A stretch of 63,873 nucleotides of DNA, filler included, from Reticulomyxa filosa (taxonomy: Eukaryota; Protista; Foraminifera), in the NCBI GenBank assembly GCA_000512085.1. It is 22 parts of 22 records of this genome, joined end to end, with 100 filler letters (N's around TTAATTAATTAA, not from the genome) between each part and the next. Parts side by side here need not be neighbours in the genome. Positions count along the whole stretch, not along the records: positions 1 to 4,781 come from ASPP01043794.1; positions 4,882 to 6,630 come from ASPP01004449.1; positions 6,731 to 8,253 come from ASPP01003900.1; positions 8,354 to 10,380 come from ASPP01022004.1; positions 10,481 to 15,495 come from ASPP01027352.1; 17 more parts are not named here. One strand, given 5' to 3'. The notes under the pieces are model-generated. The model did not search any database. It saw only the letters and a list, made by a program, of their open reading frames with translations, and was not told the DNA's origin. A program made the position numbers and the translations under genes. Positions 1-11,409 of this stretch are shown here, in pieces (within the stretch, counting starts at the first letter, position 1; the number at the start of each line of letters is the position of its first letter).

Positions 1-89
1 AAAAAAAAAAAAAAAAGCAGAAAACAAAACTCCACGATTAAACATTGAAAACAAAGACTAACAAATATTTTTTTAAAAAAAATGAACAG

Positions 90-3000
90 GACATATTGGG
101 AGTGAGAGTGTTAACACAGAACACGAACAACGTGCACAGCAAAAAAAACAATGAGTACACTCTTGCCATAACCGAAACAGTGGAGTATGAGAGTGAGCCA
201 GTTTCACAGGGCATGTCAATGAACACAGATGTGATAAGCTCAGCAACAAGCGTCCGATCCAGTGAATTGACATTGACAGAGAGCGATCAGAAGGCAGAAT
301 TGGCATCGCAGGTGTTGAACGACATGGATCAATTAAAACAGCGTTTGTACAAGTTATTTGTGGAAGGAGATAAGGACAAGAATGGTTTAATTGACTCTTT
401 GGAATTTATGGAAGTCATATCAAAAGTAATGCCGAATGCACCAGAAGAAGATGTCAATAATTTGTTTACTGCATTTGATGTGGATAAATCGGGTATGATT
501 GACTACAAGGAATTGCTTAACAAAAATGCTTTTCATTTATTTATTACTGTTACGTATACGTAGTTTTTTTTTTTTTTTTTTTTAATGCAAACAAATGTTT
601 ATATAAGGTATACGTAATTTTTTTTTTTTTTGTAATGTAGAAATTATTTTTGAAGGATGTACAAGTGAAGGTAATCGAAACAGCGAAAACAATCGCAGAC
701 GAAGTGGTAAGCGATGTCGAGTTTGTAAATGAGGATTTGAAAGAGGAACAAGTATTCGATACGCGCGACTTGAAATTGATTCAACAGCAACAAGCGTTGA
801 TCCACAAATTGCAAAAGTACCTCAATGAGACAGGCAAGCCAAACGAAGAGGAGCTGAAACAATTGCGTGAGGACAACAAGATATTGGCCGATGACAACGC
901 GCAATTGAAACAACAAACGCAAGACTTGACACAAACGCTCGTGGCGTTGGAAACGGAATCGAAAAGCGCGATTGACCAATACGTTGCACGAAATGAATCC
1001 TTGGAACAAGAAGTGCGGACATTAAAAGAAGCATTACATAGTGCGCCCAAGCTTGAGAACGAGGTTGTTATATATTTGTATCTTAATTATTTTTTTTCCC
1101 CTCCTCCTCCCTCTCCTTCATTCCTAATGGTCGAATCGGAATTGAAACTAAACTCATCCCAATACAAATTGCAGACGCACATGTAATTTTCTATGGAAAT
1201 AGAGAATGTCAAGCGCTGGCTATGGCGACAGTGGCGCGTCAATGACAGAAACGCAAGTCAAAGAAATGGAAACCAACATGATGCAGATGGAAATGCAATT
1301 GAACGAACGTTTGAAACAGACCGAAGATTTGCAGCTGCAGATAGGTGAGCTAGAGAAAACTCTTGCGCAACGCACGCAAGATGTGCTGCAAAGGGACCAA
1401 ACCTTGGATTCAATGACTCAAGAGCTCAGCAAAACCAAAAACATGCTGTTTAAGAGAATGCAGTCCTCGGCACGCTTGAAGAACGAAGTGTTGGAATTGG
1501 AAGAAGAACTCGAAAAGCAAGACCAAATCTCCAATGTACTTTATCTGTTTTCAGCTATAATTTTTTTTTTTTTTAATTCACAAAAACATATCATGCTTCA
1601 CTCTTGTGAATATTAATTATCGCACATTGTTTGCTGTGTCAAACAAACAAACAACAATAGCAACCCGTCTTTGCTCCGGACAATACAACCACACGTATGC
1701 GAAAGCTGTCCAAAGATATGGATGCACATCTCACTAAAGGTTTTTATTTGCTTTATTGTTTTTTTTTCACTTCCCCTCCCCCCCCCCCTCCTCCTCTCTT
1801 TCTCAATTTGTTAATGCTTTCTATGTAACCTTATCAATGCTGTCTTTTGTCGTTGTTATATACATCCAGAGTCGCAAGAGTGGGACGCATTTGTAAATGA
1901 AATGGATGAAATTGCTCGAAACCCCGCGGATGCTGCGTCTGGGGATGTTGGAGAAGGTTTTTTTTTTTTTTTTTTAAATTTACATTATCATACGGTACAT
2001 TACGTATGTACATATACATGTGTACATGTACATACGTGCATGTACGTATATACATATATTATATATGTATATTTCAATAAACAAACAAACAAATACTTTC
2101 GAAGACGTGAGATTAAAAGCTCAAGAAGACTGGGAAAAGAAATTCAACGATTTGAACGCGGAGTGGGAAGCTCAGGTGAAGGACTTGCAAGACAGACACG
2201 AGCAGGAAGTGAAAGCCTTGAAAGATCGATTGGAAAATGAGTTTTCGGAACGACTGAAAGAGGACGAGGCAAAGGCGGCAGAAGAAAAGAACCAACAAAT
2301 GGTAAGCATGGAAACAGAATGGCGAGAGAAGATGAACCAACTTCGACAGCAACAAACCAATGAAGCCGTAGCTCGCCAAAAGGTGGACCAAGTCAATGTC
2401 GAAACTTTGAAGTTGTTTTATGAAGAGGAAACGAAGAAGACCAGACAGCTTTATGATAAAAAGATTGAAGAATATGTATGTTGCTATTACAAACCTTTGT
2501 ATCTAACCAAAATATTTTAATGAACTACTCGGGAGGAGACACATTCACAACCCCTTTTTTTTTAAAAAAAAAAAAAAAAATCAAGGTGAAAAATGTACGT
2601 GAAGAAATATCCAAAGAGTACGATCTGAAGAATAAATATGCAGTGGAAGCCCAAGAATTAAAAATGGACGCACTGCTACGCGAAAACGAACAACTGAAGC
2701 GAAGGAATAACAAACTGGAAATGGACTTTCGTCACGAGACCGATAAGAGATCGTTTGAGCAACAATGGTCGGATGGCAATGCTTTGGAAATGAAAAAACA
2801 ACATGATGCGTACATTCAAGACTTGGAAAAAGCCCATCAAAACGAAATGACTACGCTTCAAACACGTGTCGAAGAATTAGAACAAAAGTTCAGGGAACAT
2901 ATCCAAAAGTCGCAAGAAAAAAACAAAGCCGATGTCGAACAGGTCCGACGGCTTTATGAAGTGAGGTTAAATAGTGAACTTTTGGAAATCAACTACTTGC

Positions 3001-3284
3001 GTGAACAAATGCAAGAATATATGCGACTAGCAAACCAACTGCAAACTGAAAGTAATCAACGAGAGCTTTCGGATCGTCAGTTGAAAGAAAAACAACACTC
3101 AATTCCTCTGCTCAAAGACGAAAGTGAAACTGAGGCCGAAATCACAACTAACAAAAGCACTTGCGGATGGTATTTATGTTTTCTTTTTGCTCTTTTTCTT
3201 GTTTGGAAAAAAAAAAAGATTTACGCGCGTTGTGTACTGTGATATGTGGCACGTAGTGTTGTATTTGGCTGTCTTTGGTGGTGA
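90..3284 (+). CDS. Large EF-hand + coiled-coil protein, multi-exon, 5'-partial
   Basis: Paired EF-hand loops DKDKNGLIDSLE and DVDKSGMIDYKE, followed by successive heptad-rich ORFs (650-1186, 1206-1616, 2020-2520, 2478-3242) separated by intron-like T/A-run segments ending in AG. Predicted last exon gives ...KSTCGCVVFGCLWW* (TGA 3282-3284). Confidence 0.8.
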
Positions 3285-3602
3285 GGCCCATCAATGTTAA
3301 TAAAAAGACGAATGCTTAGGTTGTGGGTGAAATTGATTTTTTGTTTCTACTTCTTTTTTTATACCTTTTCAAAATTTTAAATAATGTTTTGTTGTGACGG
3401 TTGCACAACTCCTATTCATTTCATTTCTTTGGAAGGGAGGACGATTTGGATCGCCTTTCTTCCTGTCGCATTTCAAATGAGTTGAAAAAAAAAACAAAAA
3501 CAAAGGTAGTCTTTCTGTGCTGCGTCACATATTTTAATTTATTCATAGTGAACAAAATTTGCAAACGGTGAGCACGATTAGATTTGACGCACAAACAACA
3601 AA

Positions 3603-4761
3603 ATGAACCGAACTGTCCCGGTCGATTGGAATAGTTGCCGCAAAGCGCTTTTTTCTTTCAAAGTTTTTTTTGAAATCTGTTTGTTTATGCATGTAAGAAA
3701 CTTGGAAATGAGTGATTACATGGAACAAGAATTAATTAGTGGAGTGCAACCAAAGCGGTTGCCTCCACCAGCCCCTCATGTACATAGAGATTCCAAACCA
3801 AATCCCCCACCAGGACCAAAACGTAAGCACGTACTGCCAACATCACATTTGTGCTCTGCTCTTTGGCATGTTATTTGTTCAAGGAAATGCAACAATACCT
3901 CCAAACCTGCAAAAAAAAAAAAAAAAAATTTAATCTTGTAAAGCCACGTCGGACCCACAATCACTTCTGGAAATGCGTCGAAAATTCAAACCGTCCGGAG
4001 TAAGACCCCCACCACCACCCAAGCAAGTGGCGTTCCAAAAAGCGAAGTCACAAGAGCCCTCCAACCAAGGAAAGACAACAATGATTGTAACTCCTCCATT
4101 GGACTTGCAACTTGGCAGCCAAGGTTAATGCATTTACTATTGTAAATGAACAAAAAATTTGTAGGTGCAATATATTTTTTTCAACATACACCTAAAATCT
4201 GTCCCCTTTTTTTTTAAAAAAAAAAAAAAAAAAAAAAATGAACAAAGTTTTTGAGTGTTGTCGTTGTGGTTTTTATATTGCATCTAAGCAATAAAAACCA
4301 AAAAAAAAAAAAACACAACGTAAAACACAAAGTGATGGTTGTAAATGGTGATCGGTCAAACTTGACTTGGCGAAAGTACAAATTGGTATCATTTGACGCA
4401 CAGGGGATGTGTACAGTGGTTGGATCTGATGAGCAGCAGGTTTCATTTCCGCGTTTGGTGGTTAAGCCAAAAGTTGAGAATATGCGTACAAAAGCTTAAA
4501 TGTTAATGTCCTGGAGATATTTGCATGTTGTGTGTATGTGTATTTTGGATTGGGGGGGGGGGGAACGGAACGTATAGGGATACATTAAAGCTTTGAGAGA
4601 CTTGTTCCACGTCGGAGGGGTTGAATTGGAGTTTCGCTCGTTTCAAACCTTTTTGGAATTGATTGGGTGCCCTTACGATCATAACACTGCGTTAACAATT
4701 TTTCGTACCATAGATGCCCCTGCTTCTGGTGCGATTGACTTTCAACAATTTATCAATTGGG
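3603..4761 (+). CDS. Proline-rich protein with an EF-hand, multi-exon, 3'-partial
   Basis: ATG at 3603; Pro-rich exons (PKRLPPPAPH, PNPPPGPK). The exon from 4578 encodes IFRTIDAPASGAIDFQQFINW (EF-hand-like loop). Contig ends in an intron. Confidence 0.6.
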
Positions 4762-4781
4762 TTACGTTCTCTCTCTCTCTC

Positions 4782-4881
4782 NNNNNNNNNNNNNNNNNNN
4801 NNNNNNNNNNNNNNNNNNNNNNNNNTTAATTAATTAANNNNNNNNNNNNNNNNNNNNNNNNNNNNNNNNNNNNNNNNNNNN
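4782..4881. other. Artificial contig linker (44N-TTAATTAATTAA-44N). Identical linkers start at 6631, 8254, 10381, 15496, 18418, 19851, 21090, 22928, 24507, 27768, 29872, 31915, 33180, 36163, 41852, 43291, 46626, 48285, 51453 and 57807
   Basis: Identical 100-bp spacer whose palindromic 12-mer has stops in all six frames; genes are cut off at these points. Confidence 0.98.
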
Positions 4882-4914
4882 TTTTCTTTTTTTTTTTGTC
4901 ATTAGAAAAAATTA

Positions 4915-5335
4915 ACTTGTTCAATTTCCATTTGTGATCTCGCATATCAACACATATAATCTTTTTTAAAAATATACCCAAAAAATTCCATGAAGTGAAT
5001 ATACCATTGTTCAAGTTGGGAGATGTATATTGATCCATGTGATATCACAAAAAAAAATTTAGGAAATAAAATTAGTCTCTAATATAAATGCGAGTAACCT
5101 CCAGAGATAGCGGAAGCAAAAATTAAAATAGTTAAAATAAACTGCAAGATCAATAAGTGATAACTCTGTTAACCATTTGATTGATAAAAAAATCAAAACT
5201 TCCAACCAGCAAGTCGAAACCGATCACGATCGCAAAAGACAATACAATTCTTGCCCATACAGTGGTATTTTTGCATATCATATAATATTTTTCATCAAAT
5301 GCATCTAAATATGACCAATTAAATATTACCAATAA
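4915..5335 (-). pseudogene. Decayed membrane-protein coding remnant
   Basis: One frame reads ...WARIVLSFAIVIGFDLLV...VITY*SLQFILTILIFASAISGGYSHLY*RLILFPKFFFVISH..., i.e. hydrophobic helices interrupted by stops. Confidence 0.3.
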
Positions 5336-6439
5336 TATTAATCATATTGTCACTCATGGCATAGTAATGCATTAATAAATTCGAGTATACTCTTATTTAT
5401 ATTGCTCACTTTTATATATGCACTTATAAATACACTACCAAATTTCAAATAATACTATTACCATATATGCCCATAATATCATATACCATTTTTCATTTTA
5501 ACATTCAGCTAAAGCATTGATTTTGCTTTTCAGTAAAGTAATCTATGACTGACCCTTTTGAAAAAAACCTTTTTAAATGCAGGAGCTCTTGAATATGACA
5601 TCTTCAAAGATAAGAAAGATGATTTCAATTATTTAATATCAATTTCATTTATTATACATGAATTTCGATTAAAATTTGTCTGACGACCCTTGAAATACTT
5701 TACTATCTATTAATTAGCGTTTATATTTGAAAAAAATTGATTTTGTTTATTAATTTGATTGACTGCAATACTTAATTAAAAAAATTATTACTGATATAAT
5801 AATTTTGAAACGTGTTGTGACCTAATATTTATTTATACAAAAACAATTGCCAAAGAATGGAATTAAACGTGTGAAAATTCCAAATCGATGTTCAATACAC
5901 ACATCACTTCACTCTCTTCAAACCATTTCAAGAGCCAATCTGTTAATTCAAATAACAATTCTGCTAGTCTTTCATTTTTTATTTTGGACTAATAGCTTTC
6001 AACTTTTTGATTTTTTGTATGAAACACTAATAAATATATCACGAAACGAATAAAGCATATTGTGTTTGTATTTTATAATTCTCAGAAATAGCAATGATTG
6101 TAAAGCACAAATTTGTTACAATATCTCCATATGAAAATTTCATTTTGATCACAAACATCATTAGAAGTAGATTAATATAATCTTCGGTCCGTATTGAAAA
6201 AAAAAATTGGTTTGTTATATTTAAGAAAGCTTTTTGCAAATAAATTTTTTTAAAAATTACTGTCGAACGGCATCATCTTGTTCGCTATCATCGGGTGAGA
6301 TTTTTTCATTAAGACTTTTCGACTTGTTTTTATATTTTGATTTAACATACATTTGCAGTGCGAAATTTGACTATATATTATAATATATTCTTGCCCTTTT
6401 TCCAAAAACAAAAAAATCTAAAATTTCATATTCATCAAC

Positions 6440-6630
6440 ATGAACAATATGAACAACATGAACAACATGAACAACCAAACTTTTCAAATTTTGAAGGAAT
6501 TGCCCATTCTACTTGATATCACGAACTACTCATTTGTGGAGGTGTGTCTAAAAGAACTTGTTATTTTTATCATACAATCAAAAACCAATACAAATTTATC
6601 TGTGAGTATCCAAGTGATATTGAATTACAT
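6440..6630 (+). pseudogene. Kelch-like beta-propeller family protein, N-terminus, frameshifted, 3'-partial
   Basis: MNN..NQTFQILKELPIL in one frame; after about 6515 another frame reads HELLICGGVSKRTCYFYHTIKNQYKFICEYPSDIELH (GG..Y Kelch-type blade). The frame change is not at an intron. Confidence 0.65.
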
Positions 6631-6730
6631 NNNNNNNNNNNNNNNNNNNNNNNNNNNNNNNNNNNNNNNNNNNNTTAATTAATTAANNNNNNNNNNNNNN
6701 NNNNNNNNNNNNNNNNNNNNNNNNNNNNNN

Positions 6731-7040
6731 TACCGTTTTAGGCGTTCAGTTTTCTTTGCAACCTACTGTAGAATTAATACAAATTTTTTTACTTTTTTGT
6801 ATTTGATTATTTTCTTCATCGTTGTCAGGTCGTTGAAAGAAAGATGAAAATCAATATCATTATAAGTGTTCATATGTTCCATTGGTGGGATATTCATGTT
6901 ATTATTTTTCAAATTTATTTTTTTTACACTTTCACTTAGATTATGTATATAATCAGATTGCATGTTTGTCATTTGAACAATCACAATATTGTTTTGTTAC
7001 AGTAGAGTTCGCAGAAAGTTTCAAGAATATTATATATTGT
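6731..7040 (-). CDS. Fragment of a multicopy hypothetical gene or repeat (segment starting VAKKTERLKR)
   Basis: ORF 6763-6984 plus an AG-preceded segment shared with 57907-57945. Confidence 0.3.
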
Positions 7041-8992
7041 TCCTGTAAGATTAGTAAAAATAGAATGCAAAATATATCGTGAGAAAGTATTCACAATGAT
7101 AAAAATTTACATTATTAAATATGTTGCAAACAAATTAATTATAAATCTATTTATTGTTTTCTTCTTTTGGTTTTAAGGATTGTAAAGAATGATGGGTATG
7201 AAAAAGGAAGAAAAAAAAATAAACAGATATTTGTTTTCAATATAATATTATCAGTTTCCATCATGATAATATTCCCAACAATTAGATTATTACATTGCTA
7301 ATATTTGTTGTTTCCTCTTTTTTTCTTTTCAAATCCTTCATTTCTATCATAAAAAAGAGGTATCACTTGAAATATTCAATATCGTGTAGGACAAGACCCT
7401 ACTAATTACAGGGAGAAGTCCCTACTCCTAACAAAAGAACTCTTTTCCTCCAACAAAACAATCTTCATTCTTCTTTAACTTTAGCTTTATCAGTGTGTTA
7501 GCCATTTCTTTATTATTTCAATTTTTTCTTTTCTTTTCTGACATTTATTCAGTAACAACTTTTATATTACGTTTAGTTCTGTCTCTGCATACTTCCTACG
7601 TTTGCTTCAAATAAAAATATTATTGCAACAAATATATGCAGTTTGATGCTACATAATTTCTATTTATTGTCTTGTTTTGGTTAACTATTGATTTTTCTTT
7701 AATTTAGTATTATTATTTCTGCAAAAAGTTGCTAAGATAATAATAATCTTTCGTATTACACTTAGCGCAATCTTTTTATATCTCATGTTATAAGTGACTA
7801 TATTTTGTTCTAGTATAAGTGACTTCAAATAGAAGTTATTTGATAAGTTTTTAAATACAGTATATTTTTAAAAAACTGATATACCAGAATGTCATCTTAT
7901 TAAGAATATATATTTTTTCTTTTTTTTTAAAATAGTTTCACTGCAGTGACTAAGAAGAAAAAATCAAACTTGGAAGATGGTCAATGTGAGTTTCGAATTT
8001 GTAAGATGCAAGAAAGTTGGTTTTGTCTTTTTCAAAAGTATTTCTAAAAAAAGATTAATTTTTGGTAAAGGCAGTATAATAACTTTAGTTGTAAGTTCTG
8101 TCCACGAATAAACTTAGTTTGATTGTAAAATTGTCTCACTAAGCATAAATGAACGCAATATTAATAAAAATTTTTGGATTTACTTTTTTCTATAGAAAAG
8201 AAAGTTTACAAAAAAAGGGGGACTTGTTTTTAGAACTTTAAAAAGCTTATATCNNNNNNNNNNNNNNNNNNNNNNNNNNNNNNNNNNNNNNNNNNNNTTA
8301 ATTAATTAANNNNNNNNNNNNNNNNNNNNNNNNNNNNNNNNNNNNNNNNNNNNCTTCACCGTGAAGTAACAATTTTATACGTGCTGCCAGTTGAGATCAT
8401 TGACATTTTTATTGAGAATAATCCAAAATCTTGGTTGGTTCAGTTTTTTTTTTTTTTAATTACCGAAAAAGGTTATATATAAACAAAATGTTGTGTATTG
8501 AATATATGATTTTTCTTTTGCATTTGCTAACGTAAAAATGGGTTAAAATCGATTCTTTACCTAAAATTGCAAAAATATGGGTTAGAGTTTTACCTTCGAT
8601 TTTATGATGAGCAAAATTTTGAAATTTGATGTTCTTTAATTTAAAAAAACTACTGTTCCTTTTTGAAATGTAACTTTCAGCTCATCATGAAAGGTTAGAA
8701 ACAAAAATCAAAGTGCAAAACAATCTTTTCTGGCATAAAAAATTATTTCGCATCAATATTCATTCATTTCTTATATTAGAAGAAAACAGAATAATCAAGT
8801 TTTGTTTGAAAATTGTAAAGTGAAAGTGAATTCGCAAAAATATTTCTAAAATAGGAGAAGTTGTGATTATTTACAAAAAAAAAAAAATTTAAAATTAAAA
8901 AAAAGGTTTCCACGTTGTCCCGTGCCTATATGTAAAAAAAAAATCAACTTTCATTACACATCAAAAAACATTTAAAAACAATTCTTTTTTGC

Positions 8993-9050
8993 TCCTCAGA
9001 GTACGGCTTCGTCGTCATATTGACTCAGCAGTAAGGACTATCATCATATG
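8993..9050 (-). ncRNA. Box C/D snoRNA candidate, copy 1
   Basis: Minus strand reads ATGATGA (C) - tagtccttactg (12 nt) - CTGA (D') - gtcaat - ATGACGA (C') - cgaagccgtact (12 nt) - CTGA (D); core 9047->8996. Confidence 0.7.
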
Positions 9051-9180
9051 GAAAAAAAAAAACAAAAAAACAATTACTTAACGTATCAAGTTGCACCATT
9101 TCATGCCCTTGCTTATTTGTAAAAAAAAAAACTAACTTTCATTATAACATCAAAAAACATTTTAAACAATTATTTTTTGC

Positions 9181-9240
9181 TCCTCAGATGTACGTCTTTG
9201 TCGTCATATTGACTCGGCAGTAAGTATTATACATCATATG
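9181..9240 (-). ncRNA. Box C/D snoRNA candidate, copy 2 (diverged paralog)
   Basis: Minus strand reads ATGATGT (C, 1 mismatch) - ataatacttactg - CCGA (D') - gtcaat - ATGACGA (C') - caaagacgtacat - CTGA (D); core 9237->9184. Confidence 0.55.
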
Positions 9241-10712
9241 AAGAAAAAGGCAAAAAAAAAACATTACTTAACGCTCAAGCTGCGCTCAAACAGAGCATGA
9301 TAAAACCCTTTCGGGTTTAAAAATTATTTCACACTATCGCAAAAACGCCTGTTCATTAGAATAAAGAAAAACAAACAAAAAAACAAGTCAAATTACCTTC
9401 GCAATATTGTTCTTGTTTTCCTCCTTGGAAACACAAATTATTTGCGTTACAAGAACAATTATAAAAAAACAAAAAAGTGACAAGCGTAAACTAAGAAAAA
9501 CTCGTCTGACGACCTTGTAAAAAGGGTGTCACACACAATTTTGAAGTAAAAAATGTTTTGAATAAACTATTATCTGATTTACCTGATCGCGGTATTTTAA
9601 AAAATAATGTAAAAATTTAAAAACTACATTGTTTAGGTTTGATATTTTATTTTTTTGTTTTTAACCTTTCAGGACTGAGAGCTGAAATTACTTTTAAGAA
9701 AACTTTCAATTTAAAACAGTCGTAGTTTTGTTAAACTAAAGAAAGTAAATGAAATTGCATGAAAAGATTTTAAGCCAATTAGGATCACATTCTGATTTAT
9801 CTATATATGTGAATGTTTCTCTACACAATGAAGCTGTGATTACTTTTTTGCCAAATTTTTAATCTCTTAGATTAGAAATATTTTTGCTTGAAACAAAACC
9901 ACAAACAATTAAAAGTGACAAATTTCCATTTCTGCATTTTCAACAACAACAAATTTTCTGATGATGTCAGTATAATAGCTAGATAATGATTCTCTAAACA
10001 TAAATGTCGTTATGTTGAGTGATAAACAAGCTTTGAATTTGAAAAAAGAGAAAATATTACGAAATGATATAAAAATTTTGCTATGTGAAATTATATTGAT
10101 AGTACCCAAGTGAAAATTATAATAAGATTAGTCTCTTTCGTGCATATTCTGCATGTTGGTCACTCAGGTATAGATGATACGGAGAGGCTATCTCTTTCCT
10201 TTTCTTTTTTTTTTTTTTAATTCAAATTATTTCAAACTAATTTCATTCAAGCAAACATAATGTTGCTTTGCTGTTTACCAAATTTTTTTATCAACTTTTT
10301 TTGGAACTGATGAGTTTTTAAAGACATAATATATATTTTTTTTTTTTGTAACAATAAAAACTGTGACAATAATGAAAAGGNNNNNNNNNNNNNNNNNNNN
10401 NNNNNNNNNNNNNNNNNNNNNNNNTTAATTAATTAANNNNNNNNNNNNNNNNNNNNNNNNNNNNNNNNNNNNNNNNNNNNAAAAAAAAAGGTATCACTGT
10501 TTGCCTCGCATTTGATATGTTGGAAAAAGTTCGTTTTTTCTTTTATATATACATACTTATTTCTACCCTTCAAATGTACATGACTTGGTGATGATGTTGT
10601 GTGTTGATTAGTACAAGAAAGATCTTGGTAATAAAGAAATAAGTTTAGTGCAAATTGAAATCTGATCTTTGCTTTGTTTTGTGAATGAGCTGTAAAATAC
10701 AAAATTCAAAAC

Positions 10713-11409
10713 TTGGACACAGAGGAAGACATCCATGTAATGTCGAAACTAAAATGTGCAAGAGTGATCGAGATTGGTGGCGGAAGAACTGAGGAAAGAG
10801 TGGAAAGTAAGCGACTTCCAAAGATAGCAGGTTCGATGAATATTTTTGGTAATAGAGGAATATCCTTCAATGCGGAGCCGATTCCTGAACAATCCAAAAC
10901 TCATTCTTGGAGACGAATTCAACAAAAAGCAGAACGACTGAAAGAGAGCCAGTGCACACTGGCTCCAATGTTTGAATTAGAATTCGCATGTCTGACATCA
11001 CAGAAGGTAGCACAGACTGAAGTCCCAAAACAGATATTCCATCTCATCTACGCGGTAACATCCTCTCCATTTCCGATATCTTTTCCAACTTGTCTGATGA
11101 AAACGAGCGAGACATCAATCAAGCCAACAAAGGACAACTATTGTAGCTGTTGCTATTGAAGGACAACTTGGAGCTCTCGAATCCGTTGACGACTTGTCCC
11201 TTCCCCCTCAACATGCGTCTTCAAAACTACTCCTGGCAATATCACACCCAATAACCATTTCCCAACACCGTATGAAAAAGAAAACGATATCAACAGCTAT
11301 GACAATGATTTTAAAAAGAAAGACGAACATGAGGAGGAAAAGTATAGACATAAAAATAGTACAAAACTATTTCACTCTCTTACTATTAGAATTTGGAGGG
11401 AGATTATGA
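10713..11409 (+). pseudogene. Hypothetical coding remnant, unknown family
   Basis: GC-elevated, codon-like stretch with broken ORFs (10713-11159, 11194-11409); no motif recognised. Confidence 0.3.

Larger units (their letters stand above)
8931..9285. repeat. Tandem duplication, unit about 188 bp (8931-9100 and 9119-9285)
   Basis: AACTTTCATTA..CATCAAAAAACATTT..TTTTTTGCTCCTCAGA..GTCGTCATATTGACTC..GCAGTAAG..CATCATATG..ATTACTTAACG occurs twice. Confidence 0.9.
8628..9745. repeat. Degenerate inverted repeat pair (about 8628-8710 and 9648-9745)
   Basis: Reverse complement of the left arm TTTGTTTCTAACCTTTCATGATGAGCTGAAAGTTAC..AACAGTAGTTTTTTTAAATTAAAGAA resembles the right arm TTTGTTTTTAACCTTTCAGGACTGAGAGCTGAAATTAC..AACAGTCGTAGTTTTGTTAAACTAAAGAA. 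Confidence 0.55.

Noticed and set aside
528-4577. Possible GC-AG introns (donors near 528 and 4494)
   Set aside because: In-phase GT donors exist nearby, so this cannot be decided without transcripts.
8368-8392. Minus-strand GGCAGCACGTATAAAATTG resembling the U6 snRNA 5' region
   Set aside because: No ACAGAGA box or downstream U6 sequence follows.
9000-9225. Plus-strand tandem micro-exons (CTCAG...CA|GTAAG) as an alternative to the snoRNA reading
   Set aside because: The lengths differ (31 vs 32 nt) and there is no flanking gene on the contig; the four-box minus-strand pattern explains the conservation better. Not fully excluded.
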